Assembly (NCBI GenBank): GCA_035501175.1
Contig: DATJWQ010000046.1
Coordinates: forward strand, 9,701 to 73,700
DNA length: 64,000 bases
Reading direction: 5' to 3'
From: Verrucomicrobiia bacterium
GTDB taxonomy: Bacteria; Verrucomicrobiota; Verrucomicrobiia; Palsa-1439
Part shown: one piece after another, positions 38,365 through 49,378 of the stretch
How positions within the stretch are numbered: position 1 is the first letter of the stretch
How the letters are laid out: each line of letters starts with the position of its first letter
Program-made: the position numbers and the translations under genes
Notes under the pieces: model-generated
The model's input: only the letters and a program-made list of their open reading frames with translations
Databases searched by the model: none
Told to the model about the DNA's origin: nothing

Positions 38365-39621
38365 ATGGGTAATTTCTATACGAGTTTCACACTGCGTGGT
38401 TCCGACCATGAATCGGTAGCGGCGGCAATGGCCGGCCGTCCCGCGTTCGTCGCTCCAACTCACGCCGGCTGCGTTGTTGTTTTTGACGAGGAATCCGACA
38501 AGCAAGATCAAGAGATTATTGCCGAACTGGCCTCCAAGTTGTCTGGCCAGTTCCGTTGTCCGCTGTTGGCCGTACTGAACCACGACGACAGCATTCTGTG
38601 GTATCAGCTGTATCAACGCGGTGAATTGATGGATGAGTATAATTCTGCTCCAGATTATTTCGGAACAGGCGACGGAGAAGCTGCCATGGCGGGGCCGGAA
38701 GGCGGCGACGCCGGAAAGCTCTGTGCCGCGTTTGAAGCAGATGCAGTCAAGAAGGTGGAGGGGATTCTAAGAAGACCTTCAGGGGAAGCTGGTGGCTACA
38801 TCTTCGCCATGGAACGACACCTGGATCTTGCGTCTGCGCTTGGTATCCCCGAGTTCGCGGCTGCAGGATTCGAGCAAATCAGGGAAGATGAGTTACCGGT
38901 AGGACTTGCAGCGGAGGATTTGATAAGGACCGAAGATCTAGTTCCCGGCCCACAGATGGAAGACATCTGGCGCAGGCCAGTTCCTGGGTATTACAAAGTT
39001 AGCTTCCGCGCCCATCCACAGTTGACGAAATCCCTCCCGTCGGGATGGATGCCAGGCACTTGGGCGGAGCTTGAATGTCCGGAACAGGATCTCTCCCAAG
39101 CCTTTCGCACCGCGACCGCCGCGTATCGTGAGAAATTCAAGCAGTTGGGATTTGTCGAACTAGGATTTAAGAAACTGAAAGGCGTCCTCAACCCCATCCA
39201 CCGCGATGATGGCGGCGTTAACTATCTGGATGGCAGCCGCTGCCAATTTGGCCAACTGATTTACAACCGGTCCTTTCTCCGGGCACAGAAGACGGAAAAA
39301 GAGCATGTGGTTATTGGGTTCACAGCCGTGTTTCAAGACGAAATCGTAAGTTGCACAAACCGAGTTACGCCTTTGGATGATGCGCTTCCCAATCGCAAGG
39401 TCACCCGGGTTGAATCGAATGACGTGGCGTTTCTGCACCGAAAATTCGTGGAGCAATTGGCGCAACGGGGCAGGTCGCCTCGCCGGTTTGATGATTTGGC
39501 AGCGCTTCAGAAGTGGTTTGACGCGCAAAGGATTGAAGTCTTTGAGGACAAGGTGCGGCGCGGTTTGTGGGTTCGGATGAGTGATTACGAGGTCGAAAAG
39601 GTTCGCCGCAAACTGGAATGA
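38365..39621 (+). CDS. hypothetical protein encoded in a lower-GC (about 50%) segment
   Basis: 418-aa ORF with ATG and AAAGG ribosome-binding site. No recognisable motifs. GC is clearly lower than the flanking genes. Confidence 0.5.
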   Translation: MGNFYTSFTLRGSDHESVAAAMAGRPAFVAPTHAGCVVVFDEESDKQDQEIIAELASKLSGQFRCPLLAVLNHDDSILWYQLYQRGELMDEYNSAPDYFGTGDGEAAMAGPEGGDAGKLCAAFEADAVKKVEGILRRPSGEAGGYIFAMERHLDLASALGIPEFAAAGFEQIREDELPVGLAAEDLIRTEDLVPGPQMEDIWRRPVPGYYKVSFRAHPQLTKSLPSGWMPGTWAELECPEQDLSQAFRTATAAYREKFKQLGFVELGFKKLKGVLNPIHRDDGGVNYLDGSRCQFGQLIYNRSFLRAQKTEKEHVVIGFTAVFQDEIVSCTNRVTPLDDALPNRKVTRVESNDVAFLHRKFVEQLAQRGRSPRRFDDLAALQKWFDAQRIEVFEDKVRRGLWVRMSDYEVEKVRRKLE

Positions 39622-39799
39622 AGTAAGTCTTCTCTGCGTTTCATCGCGATCGAGGTTGTTGGCCGAAATGTGTCGGTCGAATCATCGACCGTTGTTCTCC
39701 ATTAACTCCGTGCTTTTCGCGCAATCCCACAACAGGTGGAGCAAGAAGGCGTGCGACAGGGACGAAGATGTGGGGTAGGTTCGTCGCGGCGTTTAACCC

Positions 39800-41033
<1,234 letters not shown>

Positions 41034-41035
41034 TT

Positions 41036-41782
41036 ATGAGCAATAACATCGCAGGAAAGGTCGTGGTGATTACGGGCGCGAGCAGTGGGCTGGGCGAGGC
41101 GACGGCCCGGCTTCTGTCCGCCGAGGGCGCAATGGTAGTGCTGGGCGCGCGGCGCGTCGATCGCCTCAAGTCGTTGGCCGACGAGCTGACCGTCAAGGGC
41201 GGGAAGGCGGTCGCGGTCGCTACGGACGTCACCGACTGTGACCAGGTGAAGAGGTTGGTGGATGCAGCCGTGCGGAAATTCGGGCGGATTGACGTGATGA
41301 TTAACAACGCCGGGTTGATGCCAAGTTCGCCACTTGAGCGTCTGAAGATTGACGACTGGGACCGGATGATCGACGTCAACATCAAGGGCGTGTTGTATGG
41401 CATTGCCGCGGCGTTGCCGTATATGAAGCAGCAGAAATCCGGGCAGATCATCAATGTTTCCTCCGTGGCCGGCCACAAGGTGCGCGCCGGTGGGGCGGTC
41501 TATGCGGCCACCAAGCATGCGGTGCGGGCACTGTCCGAAGGGCTGCGCCTGGAAGTGAAACCCTACAACATTCGCACGACAATCATTTCACCGGGCGCAG
41601 TAGCCACCGAACTGCCCGACAGCGCGACCGAGCCAGATATCGCGGAAGGCATGCTCAAGTTTTACAAGGAGGTCGCGATTCCGGCGGAGTCATTCGCGCG
41701 CGCGGTTGCGTTTGCGATGAGCCAGCCGGAGGACGTGGACGTGAATGAGATCCTGTTCCGGCCGACGCGCCAGGAGTTGTAA
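41036..41782 (+). CDS. SDR-family short-chain dehydrogenase/reductase
   Basis: TGASSGLG cofactor-binding motif, NNAG, and catalytic S...YxxxK (YAATKHAV). Confidence 0.85.
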   Translation: MSNNIAGKVVVITGASSGLGEATARLLSAEGAMVVLGARRVDRLKSLADELTVKGGKAVAVATDVTDCDQVKRLVDAAVRKFGRIDVMINNAGLMPSSPLERLKIDDWDRMIDVNIKGVLYGIAAALPYMKQQKSGQIINVSSVAGHKVRAGGAVYAATKHAVRALSEGLRLEVKPYNIRTTIISPGAVATELPDSATEPDIAEGMLKFYKEVAIPAESFARAVAFAMSQPEDVDVNEILFRPTRQEL

Positions 41783-41833
41783 GTGATGTAGAATGGCGGA
41801 TCATATAATAATGGCGGACTGAAAGGATTACGT

Positions 41834-42229
41834 ATGGACATCAAACGGAGTGGTTCGCAGGCTTCGGGCAAAGGGCCGGCGGATTGGTTTACCGGCACGG
41901 TGCGCGTTGACCCGCTGTTTCAGGCAAGCGCGCCGGCGCGCGCGGCGGGGGCGAGCGTCACGTTCGAGCCCGGTGCGCGGACGGCGTGGCACACGCATCC
42001 GCTCGGGCAGACGCTGATCGTGACGGCGGGGTGCGGACGAGCGCAGCGGTGGGGCGGACCGATTGAGGAGATTCGTCCGGGCGACGTGATCTGGTTTCCA
42101 CCGGGGGAGAAGCATTGGCACGGCGCGGCGCCGACGACGGCCATGACGCACATTGCGATTCAGGAGTACCTCGATGGCAAAGTCGTCGAGTGGATGGAAA
42201 AGGTCAGCGACGAGCAATACCGAGGGTAA
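41834..42229 (+). CDS. cupin-domain protein
   Basis: Cupin motifs G(x5)HTH(x3)Q and later P.GxxHxH-like ([15 protein letters not shown] ... [15 protein letters not shown]). Confidence 0.7.
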   Translation: MDIKRSGSQASGKGPADWFTGTVRVDPLFQASAPARAAGASVTFEPGARTAWHTHPLGQTLIVTAGCGRAQRWGGPIEEIRPGDVIWFPPGEKHWHGAAPTTAMTHIAIQEYLDGKVVEWMEKVSDEQYRG

Positions 42230-42307
42230 CTAAGAGTCGATTCTGTAATTCGATGGTGGCTGGGCGACTGGTCACGTGCCGATCTCTTGATCCCCGGCCC
42301 TGCAAAG

Positions 42308-42340
42308 CAATCAAGCCGGTTTCGTGAACCGGCTTGATTG
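42308..42340. terminator. bidirectional intrinsic-terminator-like hairpin between convergent genes
   Basis: caatcaagccggtt-tcgtg-aaccggcttgattg: perfect 14-bp stem with 5-nt loop in the 148-bp gap between the cupin gene and the PEP-CTERM gene. Confidence 0.5.
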
Positions 42341-42377
42341 GCGAACATGGGTTCGAAAACCCGGCCTGGTCAAACGG

Positions 42378-43241
42378 TCAGGTCGTGCGGTTCTTGCGCC
42401 GCCGCAGGGTAAACGGCAGCAGCAGCAAAGCGACCGCGCTCAGCGCCAGGGTCGTGGGTTCGGGTACGGCTTCGAGATCGAATTGCACGTTTCCCTGGGT
42501 GGTGTTGATGTTGACGTTGTCAACCATGCCGGTGAAACCGCCCGCCCACGCTGAGCCTGTTGATAAGACGATGCCCTCGATGTTCTGGCTGGCGTAATTG
42601 ATCGGTGTGGAGCTCCCGCCGGCGGTATAGGAACTCCAGGTAATCGAGCCACTCTGGATGTTGGCCAGCGTCGGTTCGCCATAGAACCCCTCGTTTCCTG
42701 ACAGGGCGGTGTCATCGAGCCGCAACTGATTGGCGCCGGAGGCGGTTGACCAGGTAACCCACTGGTTGGCCGGGTTGGTATAATTGGCCGCGAGATACGG
42801 CTCGAGTATCAGACGATTGCCATACCAGGATGCTTCGCCGCCAGCGTACGGAGCCGTGTAAACGATCAGATACCAGTTGGGGGATGAGGCCGCGTTGGCC
42901 GGGCTGAGGAAGGTGGAAAAGTTGAGCGAGTTGAGGTCGCTGATCGTGAGCTGACCGAGACCGCGGTTGGTATTGTCGATGGAAGAGTTGGCAGTGGAAT
43001 AGAGATAATACTGGGACGCAGCGGTGTCGTTGGCCTGCCATGCTCCCGAGCCGATCGCGGCCTCACTGGTCGTGGTATTGATGGGTGCGCTGCCGTTGCT
43101 GAGGGGGCCGTTCGAGGCATTACTGGGTCCCAAGACCACGTACGAACTTTGGCCGAAGATACTGGGCGACAAACCGGCCGCCAGCAAGATCGCCAATGCC
43201 ACGAATGTTGTGTTCATGTTTCCGTTTTGGGTTGTCCTCAT
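42378..43241 (-). CDS. PEP-CTERM sorting-domain secreted protein
   Basis: C-terminal VPEPTTLALSAVALLLLPFTLRRRKNR (PEP motif, TM helix, basic tail). N-terminal signal peptide. ATG preceded by an AAGGAG ribosome-binding site. Confidence 0.8.
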   Translation of the reverse strand: MRTTQNGNMNTTFVALAILLAAGLSPSIFGQSSYVVLGPSNASNGPLSNGSAPINTTTSEAAIGSGAWQANDTAASQYYLYSTANSSIDNTNRGLGQLTISDLNSLNFSTFLSPANAASSPNWYLIVYTAPYAGGEASWYGNRLILEPYLAANYTNPANQWVTWSTASGANQLRLDDTALSGNEGFYGEPTLANIQSGSITWSSYTAGGSSTPINYASQNIEGIVLSTGSAWAGGFTGMVDNVNINTTQGNVQFDLEAVPEPTTLALSAVALLLLPFTLRRRKNRTT

Positions 43242-43904
43242 GGTAACTCCTTTGTTTTGTCCGAATGTTCTCCGGCGGTCCTGCTTGGAGGAGTCGAGTG
43301 CAGTCCTTCTCCCGGACTGAATCCAGAAAGCCATCGCCAGTGATCACGCTCCTACGCCCATGGCTGTCAGATTACAAGCGAAATCCCGCGGAAGCATCCC
43401 GGCGAAATGCATTGGCCTTGATCTGCACGGACAATCGGGATCACCTCGATGCCAACTCCGCCTGGCCCTCGGCAGCCCTCGCCCTGTATCACGGCCCGAC
43501 GAGGGCAAGGCGTGAAATCCGGAACGGACACGCTGGCATTGGCTCCTTACTGAAGGATATGGCGGAGGTGGGGGTCTGGCGGACTCGCGGCGAGACTGTG
43601 GCTGTAGCCGGAGAGCGGAGGCATCAGGTCGCGGCGTTGCGGAAGGCGTGGGCGAGGATGCCGGCGTTGGAGGGGTGTGCACACACGTACACGATTACCA
43701 GGAGAGGGGTACTCGGCGTGCTGATGGGGCTGGTCCTGACATGCGCGGCGGACGAGGGATCGAGGTACGAATGCCATCATATTTGTGCTTGTTACTTCCG
43801 TAGCGAAGCCATACTGTGGTCAAGGAAAAGTTTGTAACGAAACCGATGGGATTGCTGGCCCGACGCTGTTGATGGTTGGGCCAAAATTGTGATTGGAGGC
43901 CGAA

Positions 43905-44477
43905 ATGTGTCACACCCGTTTGGGTTGTGTTCTCCTTGTGTCGGCGACACTCGTGTCGCTTGCGGTTGTATTGCCGAGCATTCATGCGGCAGCAGCGCCG
44001 CCAAAAGTCACTGACGTTGCTGGAGGTCAGAGTGGCATTTCTGGGAGTCAAACCAATAGTCCGACGCCGGAGGCTTCTGGCGCAGCCCTAACTACCATCC
44101 CGGCCGAGCAGGCCAAACAGCACGTTGGGGAGACCAACACGGTTTGCGGACTGATTGCCAGCGCGCGCTACATGGACTCGACAAGAGCCAAGCCGACGCT
44201 GCTGAATTTTGTCCACCCCTATCCGGACCATGTGTTTTCCGTCATGATCCCCAACTCGGCCAGGTCCAAGTTCAAGGATCCTCCCGAAACCGCGTTTATC
44301 AACAAGACGGTGTGCGTCACGGGGGCGATCATTGATTATCGAGGAAAGCCGGAAATTGTGGTGGACGACCCTTCGCAACTCGTGGTCAACGAATCGGCGC
44401 AGGTCAGTCCTGATACGACGGCCACCAACACAGTCCAGAAGACCCCGGCGCCGGGCAACGCTCCCGGACACCTGTAG
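43905..44477 (+). CDS. secreted hypothetical protein (domain shared with the 44714-45358 product)
   Basis: Signal peptide (LLVSATLVSLAVVLPSIHAAAA). A roughly 100-aa domain (QHVGETNTVCGLIASARY...KTVCVTGAIIDYRGKPEIVVDDPSQLVV) is paralogous to the neighbouring convergent gene. Confidence 0.5.
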   Translation: MCHTRLGCVLLVSATLVSLAVVLPSIHAAAAPPKVTDVAGGQSGISGSQTNSPTPEASGAALTTIPAEQAKQHVGETNTVCGLIASARYMDSTRAKPTLLNFVHPYPDHVFSVMIPNSARSKFKDPPETAFINKTVCVTGAIIDYRGKPEIVVDDPSQLVVNESAQVSPDTTATNTVQKTPAPGNAPGHL

Positions 44478-44713
44478 GATTGGAAGCCTTCATCCGCGCT
44501 GATTTCGCTGCGGAGTTTCGTTCTGCCCGGTCGCGCATTCTTGCCGGGCAGGGTGGCTTGGAGTTGTTCCCCGGCATGCAAGGCCGGACCAGATGATTGG
44601 GGCAAAGGCCGTATGCCTGCGCGAAGGGTGATACAGCCGACACTTGCGTGGTTCGTCGCTGCCGCGGCAGGGAAAGCAGGCGGAGGTTTACTTGCCGTGC
44701 TGGTGACAGCCGG

Positions 44714-45358
44714 CTAGTTGTTGGACGGAGGAGTTGGCGTATCTTCCACGACGATTTGCGCGGGGTCGCTGACCACGATCTGCGCCCGGCCGCGGCGGTC
44801 CGTCGTGATGAGGCCGGTGACACAAACCGATTTCCCCGCGAACGCGATTTCAGGAGCGACTTTGAAACGGGCCCGGCTCGCCTCGGCGATGACGACGGCG
44901 CAACTCTGGTGGGGGAACGGTCGGTCGAAGTTCAGGTACGTGGGATTTCCCGGTGAGCCGACCGCGTATTTTGCGCTGGCGACGGTTGCGCAGACGGTGT
45001 TGGTCTCCCCGACATGCTGGATCGCTTCGTCTCCGGTAAGCGTTTGGACGACCTTGATGCCGGCTGTGGCGAACAACGAACCGAGACCGCAGGCCGCGAC
45101 GATGGCCAGGAGGTAAAAGCAAACAGGATGACGACCCTTGGGCTCCCGACCTTTCATCGGAGTGTAGACTACCATGAGACCGGACCGGATACAACACATA
45201 GCTTGATCAAATAACCGAGCGGTTTGATGCGTTGGAGCAGACTTTTGCCCGGTAGCCACGACGATGATTCCTGCGGTTGCGGTGACGCGGCTGTTGGCGG
45301 TGAGCTTTGCGGAAGGCGCGGGCGAGGATGGCGGCGGTGGGGGAGATGAGCGTCGCAT
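44714..45358 (-). CDS. secreted hypothetical protein (paralog of the 43905-44477 product)
   Basis: Hydrophobic signal/anchor, then the shared domain (IQHVGETNTVCATVASAKY...KSVCVTGLITTDRRGRAQIVVSDPAQIVV). Confidence 0.5.
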   Translation of the reverse strand: MRRSSPPPPPSSPAPSAKLTANSRVTATAGIIVVATGQKSAPTHQTARLFDQAMCCIRSGLMVVYTPMKGREPKGRHPVCFYLLAIVAACGLGSLFATAGIKVVQTLTGDEAIQHVGETNTVCATVASAKYAVGSPGNPTYLNFDRPFPHQSCAVVIAEASRARFKVAPEIAFAGKSVCVTGLITTDRRGRAQIVVSDPAQIVVEDTPTPPSNN

Positions 45359-45441
45359 AAGCGAACGCGACTTTTGGGTGAGGTGGATTTGCCGTGAATA
45401 CAGGTCTGACGTCGGCTACCGAGGGGGAGGAGAAGTTGGGG

Positions 45442-47040
45442 TCAAGGCGCTCTTTCCGGATGAGGATTGAGCTCGTTTAATGCCATGGCTACTTCGGCGG
45501 AGACTTCCGAATGGGTATCGGCAAGTTTCTGGAGAACGGGGACGATGAGATGGGCCTGAGACTTGAATTCTGCCAGTGAAATGATAGCGGTCTTGCGCAC
45601 CTGCTGGTCTTCGTCATTGATGGCGGCAATCAGGGCGTCAACGCTCGCCTTGTCTTCGGCGTGCACATGACCCAACGCCCAAGCCGCCAGATACCGTGTA
45701 TACGAGTCGCTGGTCTTGAGGAGGCGAATTAGAGCCGGGACAGCGGTTGTGACGGATGCACTACTTTTCATATTGGGGTTGAGGCTTGCCAACCCGATAA
45801 TGGCACCTCGCTGAATGGTCAAATTGGTGTTCGATAAAGCCGCGATGACCGGGGCATATTCACCGACTTGAACCAACTCGCTGGCGGCTCGGCCGGAGTC
45901 CTTTTCGTCATTGAGCTGTTCCGTCAGGCGCGCAATTTCCGGCTGGATGGACTCCGGCGGCCTCTGCAAACACTCGCGCACCAGCCTGGGAAACTCGCCG
46001 TCCTGGGAAGCCGCGTCGACGGTGATGGCAATGTCTGCGCCGGGCAAGAGTTCGTGATACACCTGCTCGATTGTGATTTTCTCTTTTGATCCCAACGGTT
46101 GCCACTCGCCGACGACGCCAGCCGGATAGTCGTGATGTTCCACCGGGTTTAACTCCCAGCGCGGGGTTTCAAAATGCGCCGAGATCCGGAGATAGATCTG
46201 ACCCTTCGAGCCGGGAACGGTGTTCTGCATGAAAGATGAGTCCACCGAGGTCTCCAACAAGTTGTCGGTAGCGGATCGGTTAACGGAAGCGCGAGGGATG
46301 CTGCCGGATGCGATGCCACTGTATCCTTTGACCTCCAGGACAATCTGCTTCTGGATGGCCGACACTCGGTCGGCGATTGCCTGTTTCAAATGCTCGTCAT
46401 ATATACGATAGTTACCTTTGTTCTTGGCCCACCAATCCCACCACCAGCGGACAAACTGCTCGTGTTTTTCCCCGGTCGAATACTGGTAAAAGTTCGCGTA
46501 GTCGCGCCCGGTGATTTGACACAGGATTTGGGCGGCTTGATCCCGGATGGTCGTTTTAGTGCCCGGATAATCGAGCATGATAATCAACGGCTCGATGACG
46601 CTGGGGTCGCTGATCTCGTGCCGATTGGCCAAGTCTCGCAAGAGATACATCCGCCCCTCATTCCACTGGCACAACCGGCGCAAGGCCGCTTCCGTCGGCG
46701 TATCGGCGGACGTTGGCTGGTAGAGCACTCGGTCGACGGTGTCGGCGGAGATGCAGTCGCCATTGGTGGTGCACAACGACAGCTCGCGGGCGGCCGCGAC
46801 GGCGATTCGATTACGGTACGCTGGCGACGGATCCTGAATTGTGTCGACCCAGTTCCCCGTCCATCTGCTTCCTCCCTTTTCGCCAGGAAACGGAGCATGC
46901 AGCAACGATTCCAAGCTTTGCTCGGTATTCGTTGCCGGGGATTTTGTAGCGGCAGCTTCCTCGGCATGGGCGGCAACGGAGTACCGCATCAACGCTCCAC
47001 CCCAAACGAGTGCGAGAGCGAGGAGGAGTTTAGATGTCAT
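45442..47040 (-). CDS. secreted HEAT-repeat (PBS-lyase-like) protein
   Basis: Signal peptide MTSKLLLALALVWGGALMRYSVAAHA. C-terminal HEAT-like repeats (YTRYLAAWALGHV..., QQVRKTAIISLAEF..., SAEVAMALNEL). Lower GC than the core genome. Confidence 0.7.
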   Translation of the reverse strand: MTSKLLLALALVWGGALMRYSVAAHAEEAAATKSPATNTEQSLESLLHAPFPGEKGGSRWTGNWVDTIQDPSPAYRNRIAVAAARELSLCTTNGDCISADTVDRVLYQPTSADTPTEAALRRLCQWNEGRMYLLRDLANRHEISDPSVIEPLIIMLDYPGTKTTIRDQAAQILCQITGRDYANFYQYSTGEKHEQFVRWWWDWWAKNKGNYRIYDEHLKQAIADRVSAIQKQIVLEVKGYSGIASGSIPRASVNRSATDNLLETSVDSSFMQNTVPGSKGQIYLRISAHFETPRWELNPVEHHDYPAGVVGEWQPLGSKEKITIEQVYHELLPGADIAITVDAASQDGEFPRLVRECLQRPPESIQPEIARLTEQLNDEKDSGRAASELVQVGEYAPVIAALSNTNLTIQRGAIIGLASLNPNMKSSASVTTAVPALIRLLKTSDSYTRYLAAWALGHVHAEDKASVDALIAAINDEDQQVRKTAIISLAEFKSQAHLIVPVLQKLADTHSEVSAEVAMALNELNPHPERAP

Positions 47041-47044
47041 TGTA

Positions 47045-47938
47045 TCAATCGATGATTCCCCAAGCCAAATAGGGATTGGAAATGTTGCGGATGGTGTCCG
47101 CGGGGCGTTCTTCGAGCACATTTTGTTTCGGGTCTGAAGGTTTAAAATCGACATCCACCCTGATGTACGGACAGCGGCGATGAACAGACGTTCGATGCTT
47201 TGCGGTCGAAAGGCCACCCTCCGTGGTAAAAACCTTAGAAAGCTCTGCGCGTGTCATTCCGGGCTTAATCTTCTGACACTCGGTGAGAATGTTGGAAATC
47301 TGCTTCGTGAGATATTCGTCAACGCCGTTGCCAGTGGATTTCCGCCCATTCGTTTCGTCGAGTGTCTTCTCTGCCTCCCAACTCACGAGCCTGTCGTGCT
47401 CATCAAACTGTAGTGTGACCTCGTTCAGCCATGACGGTGTTTGGGCGGCCGTCTCGTGCTGCGAGACCTGCACTCTCCCATCGTTGTTCGTCGTGGGCGG
47501 TAGCACGTCGAGGGTGACTTCGTCACTCCAATACGTCTTCCGGCTATCGATCGGCGTGAAGCCCATACGAAACGAGACTGTCTTTTGGGAAATCGGTCCC
47601 GAGACGAGCATCTCCAACTGGTTCGTATATACGCCACCGGGCGGGAATTCGACATTCCTCGCCACGTTTCTCGTACACTCTCCGACAATCCAGGAGACGT
47701 TTGTGTTGCTCGTCTTCCATTCGTCCTGCCAACGGCAACTCATCACGCGCACGGTTTGATTGGTTGCTGTCGGATTCTCAACGCGCAGTGTGACCGGGAA
47801 AACTTCTTTGATGCGAACCACGGTCCTGGAAGGTGTGACAACAACCCGAAGTGAGTCTGCGTCGGCGGCGCCTGCAGACAAAGCCGCCAATGCGCCACTC
47901 CAAACGAGCGCGAGGCAACAGATGATTTTGGGGTTCAC
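47045..47938 (-). CDS. secreted mosaic protein: family signal peptide, unique N-terminal domain, conserved roughly 90-aa C-terminal domain shared with the 50982-51890 product
   Basis: GTG start encoding VNPKIICCLALVWSGALAALSAGAADA. C-terminus ILTECQKIKPGMTRAELSKVFTTEGG...CPYIRVDVDF...NPYLAWGIID. About 85% nucleotide identity to 50982-51260. Confidence 0.6.
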   Translation of the reverse strand: MNPKIICCLALVWSGALAALSAGAADADSLRVVVTPSRTVVRIKEVFPVTLRVENPTATNQTVRVMSCRWQDEWKTSNTNVSWIVGECTRNVARNVEFPPGGVYTNQLEMLVSGPISQKTVSFRMGFTPIDSRKTYWSDEVTLDVLPPTTNNDGRVQVSQHETAAQTPSWLNEVTLQFDEHDRLVSWEAEKTLDETNGRKSTGNGVDEYLTKQISNILTECQKIKPGMTRAELSKVFTTEGGLSTAKHRTSVHRRCPYIRVDVDFKPSDPKQNVLEERPADTIRNISNPYLAWGIID

Positions 47939-47945
47939 AGCCGTC

Positions 47946-48494
47946 CTATTTCTTTCGCGACTCAAATGTTTTTTGCGACTCGCGTCCTTCCTGTGATTCG
48001 AGTTCCCTGATATACACCCCGTCTTCGATGTAGACAAACCGCAGCGTCTCGGTATCAAGAACAAAATCCGTCCACGCCATGCGTCCCCACGGCACTGCGA
48101 TGAATAACATCTTTTCGTTGAGCCAAGCGTGGCGAATCTCGTAACTCGCCTGATCAAGCAGCTCCACGCGGACACACCGATTCGTGTCGGCGGAATCAAA
48201 GATATAAAGCCGCGTATCCCAGGGCCCGGCGCGCCTGGTATCCGGCTTTTCTTCGACCAGCCACCGTGAATTAAATTCTGTGTTATCTTTCGGCAGGGAA
48301 GCCAATTCAGCCAGTTGTTCGCCCGTCAAGGGAATGCGCTTGATTTTGATTTTCTGCAAACTGGCCCCAGAAGGTGTGGAATACAACACGGCATCCTGTC
48401 GCGGTGATGGAACCGTCGTGCATCCGAGCAGACCGCCGCTCCAAACGAGCGCGAGGGCGAGGACTTTGAGAGTGTGGCGCGCAGTGCTTCGCAT
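47946..48494 (-). CDS. lipoprotein, hypothetical
   Basis: Signal with lipobox (LKVLALALVWSGGLLGCT). Lower GC (about 50%). Confidence 0.55.
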   Translation of the reverse strand: MRSTARHTLKVLALALVWSGGLLGCTTVPSPRQDAVLYSTPSGASLQKIKIKRIPLTGEQLAELASLPKDNTEFNSRWLVEEKPDTRRAGPWDTRLYIFDSADTNRCVRVELLDQASYEIRHAWLNEKMLFIAVPWGRMAWTDFVLDTETLRFVYIEDGVYIRELESQEGRESQKTFESRKK

Positions 48495-48500
48495 TGTGAG

Positions 48501-49265
48501 TTATGGCGTCTTTAGCGGCACGGCAAATGGCTTCCCCGTATTCAGATCCATCTCCTGCCCATCAACAACAGACCTGCTTACCTTCTTGGCGGTGAGATCC
48601 ATCCATATACTTCCCAGCTTCTGCGTCTTTGGATGCCGTATATCAAGCCGCAAGATGCCATCGGTTAGGTCTATCGCTTCGACCAGAGGCATTACCAATC
48701 CTCCGCCCGGAGCCGGGGCGTCCGAGAAATAAAATTGCGGAAGGGACTGCATTAATTGTATTCGATTAGCTGTTATGCGCTGATTGAACTCGTGACTCAG
48801 CTTCTCGGTGTTGATCTCTTTCTCAAACTGAGCAATGGCGGTGGTGCTGGAATTGGTGTCAGGCAACCCGAAGTAACTGCTCGACCAAACCAGAACGCCA
48901 GGGCCGACAGTGAACCCCTTCATTCCAGAGCGATCGGAAACGTAAAAGGAATGTTCTCCGTCAATGAACCACCATTTCTTGGTATGGGGATCGTCAACTT
49001 CCAGGATCGAAAACCTCTCCGGTATAAGACTTCCGGGGTCGGGCTTGGGTACGACTTGATAGACAGCCCGCCTTACCGTAGTTGTCTCAGTTTTGCATTT
49101 GGTTGCAGGCGGCCCGGAAGAACCGGGCACGATCAACTTGATAGTGCTATCGGCCCACGGCTCGATAAATTCAGTTTTCATGGGCGTTGCGTTGGAAACG
49201 CTATCTCCCATCGAATACACCAAGGTTGCCACCAAGAGAAAGAAGATCACAGCAGTGTATTTCAT
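48501..49265 (-). CDS. secreted hypothetical protein
   Basis: Signal peptide MKYTAVIFFLLVATLVYS. GC about 48%, the lowest in the window. Confidence 0.55.
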   Translation of the reverse strand: MKYTAVIFFLLVATLVYSMGDSVSNATPMKTEFIEPWADSTIKLIVPGSSGPPATKCKTETTTVRRAVYQVVPKPDPGSLIPERFSILEVDDPHTKKWWFIDGEHSFYVSDRSGMKGFTVGPGVLVWSSSYFGLPDTNSSTTAIAQFEKEINTEKLSHEFNQRITANRIQLMQSLPQFYFSDAPAPGGGLVMPLVEAIDLTDGILRLDIRHPKTQKLGSIWMDLTAKKVSRSVVDGQEMDLNTGKPFAVPLKTP

Positions 49266-49378
49266 TGTTTCAATTCGGTTCTGCCTTCATTGGACACCTG
49301 GTTTGGGCGTTCGTTCGCTTACGCGCGCCAAAGAAGCGGATTGCTTTGCCGTTCGCTCCGCTGCGTCATCAGACGGCG

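Noticed and set aside
43265-43837. 190-aa plus-strand ORF in the gap between the PEP-CTERM gene and the first island gene
   Set aside because: No ribosome-binding site, no motifs, Arg/Ala-rich composition; treated as non-coding spacer, though a small gene cannot be excluded.
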